Positions 1 to 9,069 of a stretch of 64,000 nt of DNA are shown here, one piece after another. The notes beneath the pieces were generated by a model that saw only the letters and a list, made by a program, of their open reading frames with translations, had not been told where the DNA came from and did not search any database. This DNA is from Candidatus Woesearchaeota archaeon (GTDB lineage Archaea > Nanobdellota > Nanobdellia > Woesearchaeales > ARS49). The DNA lies in assembly GCA_003599055.1 (NCBI GenBank), contig QZIM01000011.1, positions 937 through 64,936 of the forward strand. The letters run 5' to 3'. The translations under genes and the position numbers were made by a program. Each line of letters starts with the position of its first letter. Position 1 is the first letter of the stretch.

Positions 1-3000
1 ACGGTAAATGTAAGCCCGTTCATTCCGGACGGGACCGTTCTTAACAACAGTGTGGTCGTTGCGTTCAATAATACGAAAGGTGAGAACCGTTCCGCATCGG
101 ATTCGGAATTGACAACAGTTGTTGCTGAACAGGTGGCGCCCAATGTTACCTTTATCTCTCCGGCAAACCAGTCGGATTTCCTGCTGAACGAGACGGTGAA
201 TATCACGGTGAACGTGACTGATGATACGGGGGTTGATACGGTGCTGATTGAGGTTACGTATCCGAACGGCACGATGGTAAACTTCACGGCGGATGTTGCG
301 GGTTCGTTCTACAATCTGACGTTCCTTGATTTGACGCAGCGCGGGAATTATACGGTTCGCGTGTTTGCGAATGATACGCTTGATAACCGCAATGATTCGG
401 TGTTTGTCGTGTTTACGCGCCGGCCGTTCAACATTATTGATGTGTTGAACACGACAAATAATTTTGTGCCGTACACGGTTGATGTTTTGGCAAATGCATC
501 GGGGCTTTTGGACCTTCAGTTGAACTTTACGGGAGGGCGGGTGCAGCAGCTCAATGTGACCGTGCACCCGGAGATATCGCCGTACAGCATTATTTACATC
601 GATGATGAGGTTCCGCTCAATCAGACGCCGCCGGGTAGTTTTGCGCACTACGCAATTGACCTTTCGTTTATCAACGTGACAAACGGGACGGCAATGGTGA
701 CTGCAATCGGAAATGAGCTGCTCTATGTGTGCAAGGACTATAACTTCTCGGGAAGGGAGTGTTTTGGGGACTGGGTTGCGAACAGGTCAATATCGCCGGG
801 TACAAATTACACGGTTTTCCTAACGCCTGAGGACCCGGGTTTCCTTGAGACGAGTGCGGCGGTTGATGTTGCCGTGGCGCCCATTAATTTCACCTCGTTT
901 GTGGTTGCATTCATTGACGATGCCGAGTCGGATGCATCATTCCGCATTATGAATACGAACGGAAGCATCATCGTGAATACCACGGACGTTGATACGACGG
1001 TTGATAATACTTCAAGAATAGACGTGATGATGCTCAACGCTTCGCATTTTGTCATCGCGTGGGTTGATGGGATAGATGACGATGTGCGGATGCAGGTCTT
1101 CCTCATCAACGGCACGAATGTGACGTCGCCGGCGGATGTGGACACAAATGTCGGCTTGAACTCTGATTTGGGCTTGGCGGAGATAGGGGACCGCTTCGCG
1201 GTTTGTTATGCGAATGACAATGATGGGGATGCGGACTTCCAGACGTTCTTCAACAACGGGACGCAGGCAGTGGGTGAGCTCAACGTTGATGGCGCGATTA
1301 ATCCGAGCGCAACGCTGCAGAACTTGGTTGATTGCAGCGGGGTGAACTCGAGCAGGTGGGTGTATTTCTACTTTGATGACGGGACAAATGATGCGACGTT
1401 TGCGATTGTGAATGAGACGGGTGCAAGCCAGGTGGGTCAGGTTGATGTTGATACGAATGTGGGTGAGACCGGGCAGGTCGCGGTGGCAACGCTTGCAAAC
1501 GACACGTTCGGGATGGTGTATTATGATAGTGCGGACCAGGATGTCACGATTGAGATTCGCTACATCAATAACACGGTGCGGCTTGCATCAACGGATATTG
1601 ACACTGATGCGGGAGTAATATCCCGGGTCGCGGCAGGAACCGTGCGGCGCAATGAGACAAGCGGCGAGGATACGTTTGTTGTCGCGTGGTGGGATAATGC
1701 CTCAAATGATATCAAGGCGGCGGTATACGCGCAGGATGGTGTTGAGATAACCGCGCCGTTCACGGTGGAAGCCCAGCCAAACCAGACGTTCCGCCTGCTT
1801 GACGTGCAGGGGCGTTCGCCGATTACGGGTACGGAAATCTGTCCGGGGAGGTTTGTGGTTGCGTACACGAACGGTTCGGGTGCAGGGGTATTCAGGGGCT
1901 TCTTTACAAACGGGACGGAGTGGGACGGCAGTTGTGACCTTGAAAATCCGCAGGTTTTCGATGTGCGGCCGTTCGCAGGCGCAATATACAACATCTCAGA
2001 TACCATTGAAATTGCGGCAAATGTGACTGATGATGTCGGGGTTGACACGGTGCTTGCAAACATAACGTTCCCGAACGGGACAGTGCAAACGCTGGTCCTT
2101 GTGCTCGTTCCGGGGACGAACAAATACAACGCGTCGTTCACGATTCCGATAACAGGCCTGTATAATGTGTCTTTCTTTGCGAACGACACAAGCGGAAAGC
2201 AAAACAATAGTGTGGTGACAAACTTCACCGCGGTTTTGGTCTTCCCGGCAATCAGCGCGTTCAAGACGGGCTCGCCCGACCCGGTGCCGAAAGGAACGCA
2301 GCTGGGTTATCAGGTTATTATCAATAATTCAGGGAACGGGACTGCGTACAACATAACGGTCGAAGAGTCATACCCGTCGGGCGTGCTCTTTGATGCAAGT
2401 GAGCCTGCGCCGGTTTTGGGCAACAATACGTTCAGCATAGGGGACTTGTTGCCAAACAGCACATTCCTGCTCAATATCACGGTGAATGTGAGTTCTGCAA
2501 TTGTGAACGGGACGGTTTTGAACAACTCATTTAACGTTACGTTTGCGAACGCGACAGGGGGCAATACCACGCTTGGGAACAGCACGCTGACAACGGTGCT
2601 CGGAGCCCCGGTTATCCTGAATATCAAGTCGGATTCACCCGACCCGGTGGTGAAGGGTCAGCAGTTGAATTATACGATTTTCATTAATAATACGGGTGAT
2701 GATACTGCGTTTAATGTGACGCTTTCGGAGTTCTATCCTGCGGGCGTTGTATTTGACGGCAGTACGCCGTTGCCGTCGGTTGGAAACGGAACGTTCCTGC
2801 TCGGGAACCTTTCACCCAATGAATCAGTTACGGTCAATATAACGGTGAACGTCAGTGTGTTCGTGCCAAATGGGACCGTGCTGACAAATGCGGTGAACGC
2901 GTCGTTTGTGAACAGTTCCGGTGTGAACGGTTCGGTTGTTGACAGTGAGGCAACCGTGGTCCGTGGGTTTGCAAATGTTCAGGTAAGAAAGTTTGATGAC

Positions 3001-6000
3001 CCTGACCCGGTGCTCAAGGGCCAGCAGCTTTTCTATCGGCTCGTGGTGAACAATACGGGTGATGAGATTGCGTATAACGTGACGGTAGTGGACAGCTATC
3101 CGGAGAACGTGACTTTTGATGCAAGCGCTCCTGCGCCCTCAAGCGGGAATGACACGTTCAGCATAGGAAACCTGTTGCCGAGTGAGGCGTTTGTCATAAA
3201 CATCACGGTCAACGTCAGTGCTAATGCAACGAACGGGACAATGCTGAACAACAGTTTCAACGCGACATTCGCCAATGCGAGCGGAGTCAATCTGACGCTC
3301 GCGAACAGCACGGCAACAACCGTGCTCGGCGCGGCAGTGCTGGTTGTGGTAAAGTCTGATTCGCCTGACCCGGTGGTGAAGGGCCAGTTGTTGAACTACA
3401 CGATTTTGGTGAATAACAGCGGGGATGACGGCGCGTTCAATCTGACAGTGGTTGACGGGTATCCTTTGGAGGTTGAGTTTGTCTCCGCAAGTCCCGCTCC
3501 CTCAAGCGGGAATGATACGTTTGCGCTCGGCAACCTGTCGCCGAATGCGACGGCGACGGTGAACATAACGGTGCGCGTGGGCAGGTTCACGGCAAACGGG
3601 ACCGTCCTCTCGAACACGGCAAATGCGTCGTTCCAAAGTGCGGGAGGTATCAACGGGACTGCATCAGATACGGAGTTGACGGCGGTTCTCGGATTCCCTG
3701 AGGTCACGACGTTCAAGACGGGAATTCCGAGCCCGGTGCTGATTAATACGACCTTGCGATACCAGATTACGGTAAACAATTCAGGGGACGAGATTGCCTA
3801 TAATGTGACGGTCGTTGAGCAGTATCCTGCAAATGTGACGTTCAACGGCTCAGACCCTGCGCCGGTGGGCGGAAACAATACGTTTGTGATTCCGGTGCTC
3901 GGTCCAAACAGCACAGGTACGGTGAACATCACGGTGAACGTGAGCTTCTTTGCGGGCAATGGTTCAATCCTGAACAACTCGTACAATCTGACGTTTGCGA
4001 ACAGTTCGGGAGTGAATCTGACGGTAGAGAACAGCACTGCGACTTTGGTGAGCGGTGTTGCGCTGCTTGCGGTTGAGAAGTCAGACAGCGTTGACCCGAT
4101 AGTGCGCGGGAATCTTTTGAATTACACGATTACGGTCGTAAATTATGATGATGAGATTGCGTACAATGTGACTCTTGTTGACAGTTATCCGCCGAATGTG
4201 TCTTTTGTGAGCGCATCTCCTGCCCCGTCGTTTGGCAATGGGACGTTCGCATTGGGTGCTCTTGCGGGCGGGCAGTCGCAGATAGTGTCAATTCAGGTTC
4301 GCATAGGCGCGCTCTTGCCGAACGGGACAGTGCTGAACAATTCTGCGAGCGTCACGTTTGCAAATGCAACCGGCCAAAATGCGTCGGTTGCGGCAGGCGA
4401 GGAGACAACGGTGCTTGGAGACGAATTCCCGGTGGTGTCGCTGGTCGCTCCGCAGAACGGGACAAATACCACGAACACGACAGTATTGTTCTATTATAAT
4501 GTGACTGACGATGTGAGTGATGTCTTGAGCTGCTCGCTTGACCTGAATGGAAGTGTTGTTGCAACGAACGGGTCCGTATTGAACGGAACCGCGTCAAATT
4601 TCAGTGCAAGCGGTCTTTCGCAGGGGAACAGGACGTGGGCGGTGCGGTGTACTGATGGGTCAAACAATACGAACACAAGTGAAACAAGGCAGTTCACGGT
4701 TGATTTCACGCCGCCGAACTTCATCAGTTTGACGTTCACGCCCGATGGCGCGGATGCGCTTGACCCGAACACGACTATTTTGCTCACGGCAGGAGTCACG
4801 GACAACTTTACTGCAGTTGATACGGTTGTCCTGCGCGTGCTGTACAACCTGTCGGGTTACATCAATATCACAATGGTCTATAATTCCTCGTCAGGGCTCT
4901 TTGAGGCAAATTTCACGCCGAACGCGTCAGGGAACTTTTCGTTCTTCCTTACGGCAAACGACACGCTCGGCAACAATGACACGAGTGTTGCGCTCAATAG
5001 GACAATCGAGTTTGAGTCGACGTGGGCGCGTGTGCCGGCCTCGTTTGGGGCGACGGCCGCGCCGATTGGTCAGAATGTTTCCGTAGGGACGCTTATTGTG
5101 AATAACACCGGGGACTTTAGTTTGTCATTCACGCTGAACAGCACGTTTGAGAATATGACGTTTAATGTGACGAATTTCACGCTTGCGCAAGGAGAGGTCG
5201 TGTTCATAGAAGTGAACGCGACTGCGCCGAATGCATTCGGCCAGTTCCCGTACAACATCACGATTAATGCGTCGGGGAATGCAACGCCGCAGTTTAACAT
5301 AACAACAGGGACGATTGTTGTTTCGGAGGATGCGTTCTTGTTCGCATCGTTCACGATTTTGCCTGCGCAGGTGACGCGGGGTCAGACGGGCGTGACGATT
5401 GAGGCAACGGTGACAAATATCGGAAATCAGAATGCGTCAAACGTGACGCTGAATATCACGCTTCCGCCGGATTGGGTTGTGACGGGTGGGTCGCTGAGCG
5501 GCAGTTTTGCTGAAATTGAGCCGAATGCGTCCGAGTCTATCGTTATCATTGTTGAGATTCCTGCAGGGGCAGTGCTTGGTTTCCGTGATGTAATTGCTGC
5601 TGCTGATGGTTTCAACGACAGCGGTGTGCAGCTCTCATCAATCAACCAAACTCTTGGGACGACAAGCCAGGTTGAGGTTGTTGCCGCATCGTCCTTTGGT
5701 CCGGGTGGCGGCGGTGGCGGTGGCGCGGGTGCCGGTGCGGGCGCAGGTGCTGCGGCAGGTGGAGGTGGCGGTGCGCCGGGAGCAGCGTTCCCAAGGACGA
5801 ACCGTGAGCGGCCGGTGCTGGTGACAAACGCAACGCTTGAGGTGCTGCGCGGCTCAAGGATTGTTTTCCCGCTGGAGGTTTTCAACTGGTACAATAAAAG
5901 TATGATGGAGCGGGTTGACCTTGAGGTTGAAGGAGTGTTGCAAAGGTATGTCTCCTGGTCGCCGCCGTTCCTTGAAAACATTCCGTATGCGCAAAGTAAG

Positions 6001-7059
6001 GTCTTTGAGGTTGAGATTGCATCCCCTCTGTATCAGGATAAGGCGGAGTTGAACGTGACGTTTATCATTACATCGCGGCTGGTCGGAGAGGTGCTTGACC
6101 TGCAGGCAGGGGTATCGCGGCCGGCGTCCGAGATGATTGTTGAGTATAAGACAATGCGGCTGCTGATTCGTGAGGTGACGATTGAGGAGATTGAGGAGTT
6201 GGCGACCGATGTCGAGCGGCTCTATGCGTTGGTTGTCGCGCGTGAGTATCCGACGAAGCGCGCGGACGCGCTGCGCTTGCTGCTCAGTGAGCGGCTTGCG
6301 GTGCGTGACTTTGAGGAGGCGGCGTACCTGTCGCAAAAGCTGCTCTTGCTTCTTGAGCGTGAGCTTGAGGCGGGAACGGCAATTGAGCGGCTCAAGGCGC
6401 ACATCAGGCGTGCGGAATCGGACGGGCTGGACGTGCGTGAGACGCAGAACGTTCTTGCGCTTGCAGTGAAGGCGTTTGAGCGGGAGGACTTTGACCGTGC
6501 GCTTGCGCTTGCGGATGAGGCGTTGACAATCGGGCTGATTGAGCGGGAGCGCGCGTTCAGTCTTCGGGTGTTCATTGTGCGGTATTGGTGGGCGCTCTTG
6601 ATTTCGGCGGCAGTGCTTGCCGTTGCGGGCAGGAAGGGATATCGGAGAGGGAAAGTGCGCTATATTGCGTTCCGGCTTGACAATATGCTGCACGAGCGCA
6701 TTGAAGTGCATCGTTTGCTGCGCGAGGCACAGGAGCGTTATTTCCAAAAGAAGGAAATCGGTGCGGCGGAGTTTAACCGCTCGATGCGCGGGCTGCAGGG
6801 CCGTCTTGAGCGGATTGTTGCCCAAAGTGCAATGTTGCGCCTGCAGCGCGCGCACCTGACATCGGTTCGGGCAGAACTGGAGGCAACACAAAATGAGCGT
6901 GAAAAGGCAGTGAAAGGTCTTAAGGACGCGCAGGATGCGTATTTTGTGAAGCGGATGATTTCGCAAAGGCGCTACGAGCTCCGCGTGGAAGTGCTCAAAG
7001 TGCTTATTACCGAGCTTGACAATGAGTTGGTGATGCTGAAAAAAAGGGTGAGAAAATGA
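1..7059 (+). CDS. Giant cell-surface glycoprotein/adhesin-like protein, 5'-truncated by the window edge (Ig-like modules, propeller-like blades, tandem DUF11-type repeats, Gly/Ala linker, coiled coil, one TM helix, cytoplasmic coiled-coil tail)
   Basis: 2335-aa ORF in the track. The frame stays open back to nt 1, and the first residues (TVNVSPFIPDGTVLNNS) match the internal repeat consensus, so the start lies upstream of the window. N-x-S/T sequons are very dense. Four modules share VTDDxGVDTV. There are ~50-aa FVVAWxD-type blades and six ~121-aa DPDPV...NxGxxxAxNVT repeats. A single TM (WWALLISAAVLAVAG) lies at about nt 6580-6625. Confidence 0.8.
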   Translation, partial: TVNVSPFIPDGTVLNNSVVVAFNNTKGENRSASDSELTTVVAEQVAPNVTFISPANQSDFLLNETVNITVNVTDDTGVDTVLIEVTYPNGTMVNFTADVAGSFYNLTFLDLTQRGNYTVRVFANDTLDNRNDSVFVVFTRRPFNIIDVLNTTNNFVPYTVDVLANASGLLDLQLNFTGGRVQQLNVTVHPEISPYSIIYIDDEVPLNQTPPGSFAHYAIDLSFINVTNGTAMVTAIGNELLYVCKDYNFSGRECFGDWVANRSISPGTNYTVFLTPEDPGFLETSAAVDVAVAPINFTSFVVAFIDDAESDASFRIMNTNGSIIVNTTDVDTTVDNTSRIDVMMLNASHFVIAWVDGIDDDVRMQVFLINGTNVTSPADVDTNVGLNSDLGLAEIGDRFAVCYANDNDGDADFQTFFNNGTQAVGELNVDGAINPSATLQNLVDCSGVNSSRWVYFYFDDGTNDATFAIVNETGASQVGQVDVDTNVGETGQVAVATLANDTFGMVYYDSADQDVTIEIRYINNTVRLASTDIDTDAGVISRVAAGTVRRNETSGEDTFVVAWWDNASNDIKAAVYAQDGVEITAPFTVEAQPNQTFRLLDVQGRSPITGTEICPGRFVVAYTNGSGAGVFRGFFTNGTEWDGSCDLENPQVFDVRPFAGAIYNISDTIEIAANVTDDVGVDTVLANITFPNGTVQTLVLVLVPGTNKYNASFTIPITGLYNVSFFANDTSGKQNNSVVTNFTAVLVFPAISAFKTGSPDPVPKGTQLGYQVIINNSGNGTAYNITVEESYPSGVLFDASEPAPVLGNNTFSIGDLLPNSTFLLNITVNVSSAIVNGTVLNNSFNVTFANATGGNTTLGNSTLTTVLGAPVILNIKSDSPDPVVKGQQLNYTIFINNTGDDTAFNVTLSEFYPAGVVFDGSTPLPSVGNGTFLLGNLSPNESVTVNITVNVSVFVPNGTVLTNAVNASFVNSSGVNGSVVDSEATVVRGFANVQVRKFDDPDPVLKGQQLFYRLVVNNTGDEIAYNVTVVDSYPENVTFDASAPAPSSGNDTFSIGNLLPSEAFVINITVNVSANATNGTMLNNSFNATFANASGVNLTLANSTATTVLGAAVLVVVKSDSPDPVVKGQLLNYTILVNNSGDDGAFNLTVVDGYPLEVEFVSASPAPSSGNDTFALGNLSPNATATVNITVRVGRFTANGTVLSNTANASFQSAGGINGTASDTELTAVLGFPEVTTFKTGIPSPVLINTTLRYQITVNNSGDEIAYNVTVVEQYPANVTFNGSDPAPVGGNNTFVIPVLGPNSTGTVNITVNVSFFAGNGSILNNSYNLTFANSSGVNLTVENSTATLVSGVALLAVEKSDSVDPIVRGNLLNYTITVVNYDDEIAYNVTLVDSYPPNVSFVSASPAPSFGNGTFALGALAGGQSQIVSIQVRIGALLPNGTVLNNSASVTFANATGQNASVAAGEETTVLGDEFPVVSLVAPQNGTNTTNTTVLFYYNVTDDVSDVLSCSLDLNGSVVATNGSVLNGTASNFSASGLSQGNRTWAVRCTDGSNNTNTSETRQFTVDFTPPNFISLTFTPDGADALDPNTTILLTAGVTDNFTAVDTVVLRVLYNLSGYINITMVYNSSSGLFEANFTPNASGNFSFFLTANDTLGNNDTSVALNRTIEFESTWARVPASFGATAAPIGQNVSVGTLIVNNTGDFSLSFTLNSTFENMTFNVTNFTLAQGEVVFIEVNATAPNAFGQFPYNITINASGNATPQFNITTGTIVVSEDAFLFASFTILPAQVTRGQTGVTIEATVTNIGNQNASNVTLNITLPPDWVVTGGSLSGSFAEIEPNASESIVIIVEIPAGAVLGFRDVIAAADGFNDSGVQLSSINQTLGTTSQVEVVAASSFGPGGGGGGGAGAGAGAGAAAGGGGGAPGAAFPRTNRERPVLVTNATLEVLRGSRIVFPLEVFNWYNKSMMERVDLEVEGVLQRYVSWSPPFLENIPYAQSKVFEVEIASPLYQDKAELNVTFIITSRLVGEVLDLQAGVSRPASEMIVEYKTMRLLIREVTIEEIEELATDVERLYALVVAREYPTKRADALRLLLSERLAVRDFEEAAYLSQKLLLLLERELEAGTAIERLKAHIRRAESDGLDVRETQNVLALAVKAFEREDFDRALALADEALTIGLIERERAFSLRVFIVRYWWALLISAAVLAVAGRKGYRRGKVRYIAFRLDNMLHERIEVHRLLREAQERYFQKKEIGAAEFNRSMRGLQGRLERIVAQSAMLRLQRAHLTSVRAELEATQNEREKAVKGLKDAQDAYFVKRMISQRRYELRVEVLKVLITELDNELVMLKKRVRK
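2240..4420 (+). repeat. Six in-frame tandem coding repeats, period ~363 nt (~121 aa), DUF11-type 'conserved repeat domain'
   Basis: Repeat units start near nt 2240, 2606, 2966, 3329, 3692 and 4055. Each carries (S/D)PDPV-KG-L-Y-I-V-NN-GD-A-NVTV-YP...NITVNVS...NGTVLNN...TTVLG. Confidence 0.85.
5698..5787 (+). repeat. Low-complexity GGN/GCN tract encoding a Gly/Ala linker (GPGGGGGGGAGAGAGAGAAAGGGGGAPGAA)
   Basis: Read directly from nt 5698-5787. It separates the extracellular repeat region from the C-terminal helical module. Confidence 0.9.
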
Positions 7060-8060
7060 AATGGATTGCGATAGTGCTGGTGTTGTCCGTGCTGGTTGCA
7101 GCGCAGGATTTGGATGGGTCTCAATGGAACAGTTCGGCAGGCGTTGAAAATAAGACGGTTGCCGTGGTGCCTGTTGCGGGAATTTCACACGCGTTATTTG
7201 AGCGGGCAAGGGAGGCGTATTTGAATGCGACGCTGGATGTGGAGCAGCTCAGGAGTGAGGGGTTGCCGTATCAGTCTCTTGAGGACCGGCTGTTTGTGAT
7301 GAACGAGTCGCTGGTAGGGCGCGATGAGGCAAAATTGCTGCAAACTGCAACGCTGCTCAACCAGTCGCTGGATGGAAGGGCAAAGGCGCAGGAATATTTC
7401 CGGATGATTAATCTTGCACGGCAGCAGGGGCTTAAGCCCGGGCAGGACTTCCGTTTGGTGATTCGTGAGGCAGAGGCAATTCGTCTTGAGAAGAACAGGG
7501 TGTTCGAGTTGCGCGACCTGTTGGCTGCGCTTGAGGCAGAGGTTGCGGCAAGCGAGGCGGGAAACAGTTCATCAGTGGTGGTCTCTCTTGAGAAAACAAA
7601 GGAGGCTTTTCTGTCCGAACGGTACGGTGAGTTTGGTGTGCGGTATAATGAGACGCGGTTGAGTCTTGAGGATGCGGAAGTGGCGCTTGCGCGGGAGCGG
7701 GCGTTGACTGCGCTTGCAGGAAGGACTATTGGCGGGTTTGTGCTGAAGAATTGGCGGGCGTTGTTGGTTGCGCTTGCCGTGTTGGCGGTGCTCGGCGTGT
7801 GGGGTTATTTGGAATGGCGCTATGTGTTTGCGCAAAGAAAATTCAGTGAATGTGTTGAGGGGATTGGTGCGGTGAAAGAGAGTATGCTTGCCGCGCAGCG
7901 TGACTATTATGCGGGGAAGCTGAGCAGGGCGACGTATGCGGGGAAGGTTGCGCAGTTGCACGAAAAAGAGCGCGACTTGAAGGCAAAGCGCGGTGTTTGG
8001 CAGGCGCGCAAGGAAGCGTTCAGGCGTACCGCGCTTCTTGCGCGGTTTAAATCTGGGTGA
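7056..8060 (+). CDS. Signal-peptide / coiled-coil / single-TM protein, paralogous to the C-terminal module of the upstream giant protein
   Basis: Its ATG overlaps the upstream stop (ATGA at 7056-7059). It has an N-terminal hydrophobic segment (IAIVLVLSVLVAA), a long helical region, a TM (WRALLVALAVLAVLGVWGY) and a basic helical tail. The tail aligns by eye with giant-protein residues around its own TM. Confidence 0.7.
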   Translation: MKWIAIVLVLSVLVAAQDLDGSQWNSSAGVENKTVAVVPVAGISHALFERAREAYLNATLDVEQLRSEGLPYQSLEDRLFVMNESLVGRDEAKLLQTATLLNQSLDGRAKAQEYFRMINLARQQGLKPGQDFRLVIREAEAIRLEKNRVFELRDLLAALEAEVAASEAGNSSSVVVSLEKTKEAFLSERYGEFGVRYNETRLSLEDAEVALARERALTALAGRTIGGFVLKNWRALLVALAVLAVLGVWGYLEWRYVFAQRKFSECVEGIGAVKESMLAAQRDYYAGKLSRATYAGKVAQLHEKERDLKAKRGVWQARKEAFRRTALLARFKSG

Positions 8061-9069
8061 ACACTTCCTGTTCGGGGTATACGACGATGCCTTTTTCCTT
8101 GATTTGCATTGCGACTATTTTTTTCTTGAATCCTGAGCCGCGCATTTTGAGGACTTCGAATGCGCTTTCGCGAATGTTGCCGGAGCGGACGTTGTAGAAG
8201 ACAAGGACTCCGTCTGCAAGGAATTCTTCAACGCCGGTGGTGGAGAGGCGAAGGACAGGGTCGGGGGTTTCGCTGATGAGGAATGCGCTTGCGCCGATGT
8301 CGTTGAAGAGCTTGAAGAGCTGTTCAAGGTAGAGCCGGTAGCTTTCTTCTTTTTCAAAGAGTGCTGCGGCAACGGCGGAGAGTGAGTCGAGCGCGATGCG
8401 GTCGGGCTCGAATCCTGCGGGGATGAGGAGGGGTTTGAGGTCGATGAGGAGTTCTCCGCGGACCTGTTCGAGCATTGCGTCAATTTGTCGGGTGATGTCA
8501 AGGGGGTTGAATTTTTGGATGACAAAGAGCCCTTTTTGCTCAAGGGGTTCTATGTCCCAGCCGAAGTCTTTCATATGTTGGCGGAGGCGGTCGGGTGTTT
8601 CTTCAAGGGTCATATACAGCACTTTTTGTCCTGCCTTTGCTGCTTCGTAGAGGGTTTGGAGGCAGAAGATGGTTTTGCCGCTTCCGGGCCCGCCGACGAT
8701 GAGGATGGTGCTGGCTTTTGGGATTCCTTTGTCAAAGAGCTGGTCGATTCCGGTAATGCCGGTGCCGATGTATTTTTCTCCGATAATGGGGATGGTTTGT
8801 TTTGGCATGCGGGATTGGGCAAGCCGTGCTTTGACCGCGCTGAAGTCCATGGGTGCGGTTTCTCTGCGTGGCAGGTCGGGCGTGTCGGGAGGGATTTGTT
8901 CTTGGGATGTTTTTTCCTGCACGATTTCTTCGTCCGGGGTTTCTTCGGTCTGTTCAGTTTCTTCCCAAGGGGGATGGTGCGGTTTCTGTGCGGGCGCGGT
9001 GTGTCGTGGCGCGTGGAGTGCGCTTTTTTTCTTTGGCTTTTTTTGGGATTCTTCGTGTCGGGGGTTCAT
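8047..9069 (-). CDS. KaiC-like (RecA-superfamily) single-domain ATPase with a low-complexity Pro/Glu/Lys N-terminus
   Basis: Motifs seen: GITGIDQLFDKGIPKASTILIVGGPGSGKTIFCLQ (Walker A) and VLYMTLEE. I chose the start at ATG 9069 (MNPRHEES) because it forms an ATGA overlap with the upstream gene's stop. The ORF-track start at 9099 remains possible. Confidence 0.8.
   Translation of the reverse strand: MNPRHEESQKKPKKKSALHAPRHTAPAQKPHHPPWEETEQTEETPDEEIVQEKTSQEQIPPDTPDLPRRETAPMDFSAVKARLAQSRMPKQTIPIIGEKYIGTGITGIDQLFDKGIPKASTILIVGGPGSGKTIFCLQTLYEAAKAGQKVLYMTLEETPDRLRQHMKDFGWDIEPLEQKGLFVIQKFNPLDITRQIDAMLEQVRGELLIDLKPLLIPAGFEPDRIALDSLSAVAAALFEKEESYRLYLEQLFKLFNDIGASAFLISETPDPVLRLSTTGVEEFLADGVLVFYNVRSGNIRESAFEVLKMRGSGFKKKIVAMQIKEKGIVVYPEQEVFTQI

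Noticed and set aside
2240-4420. Regularly spaced repeats, considered as a possible CRISPR array
   Set aside because: The period is ~363 nt. The repeats are in frame within one long ORF and diverge at the nucleotide level, so they are protein-domain repeats. No short repeat/spacer array was seen anywhere in the window.
5854-7209. 451-aa minus-strand ORF
   Set aside because: It is entirely antisense to the well-supported 3' end of the giant gene and the start of 7056..8060. Its product is Arg/Leu/His/Gln/Pro-rich low complexity with no motifs, typical of a shadow ORF in GC-biased coding DNA.
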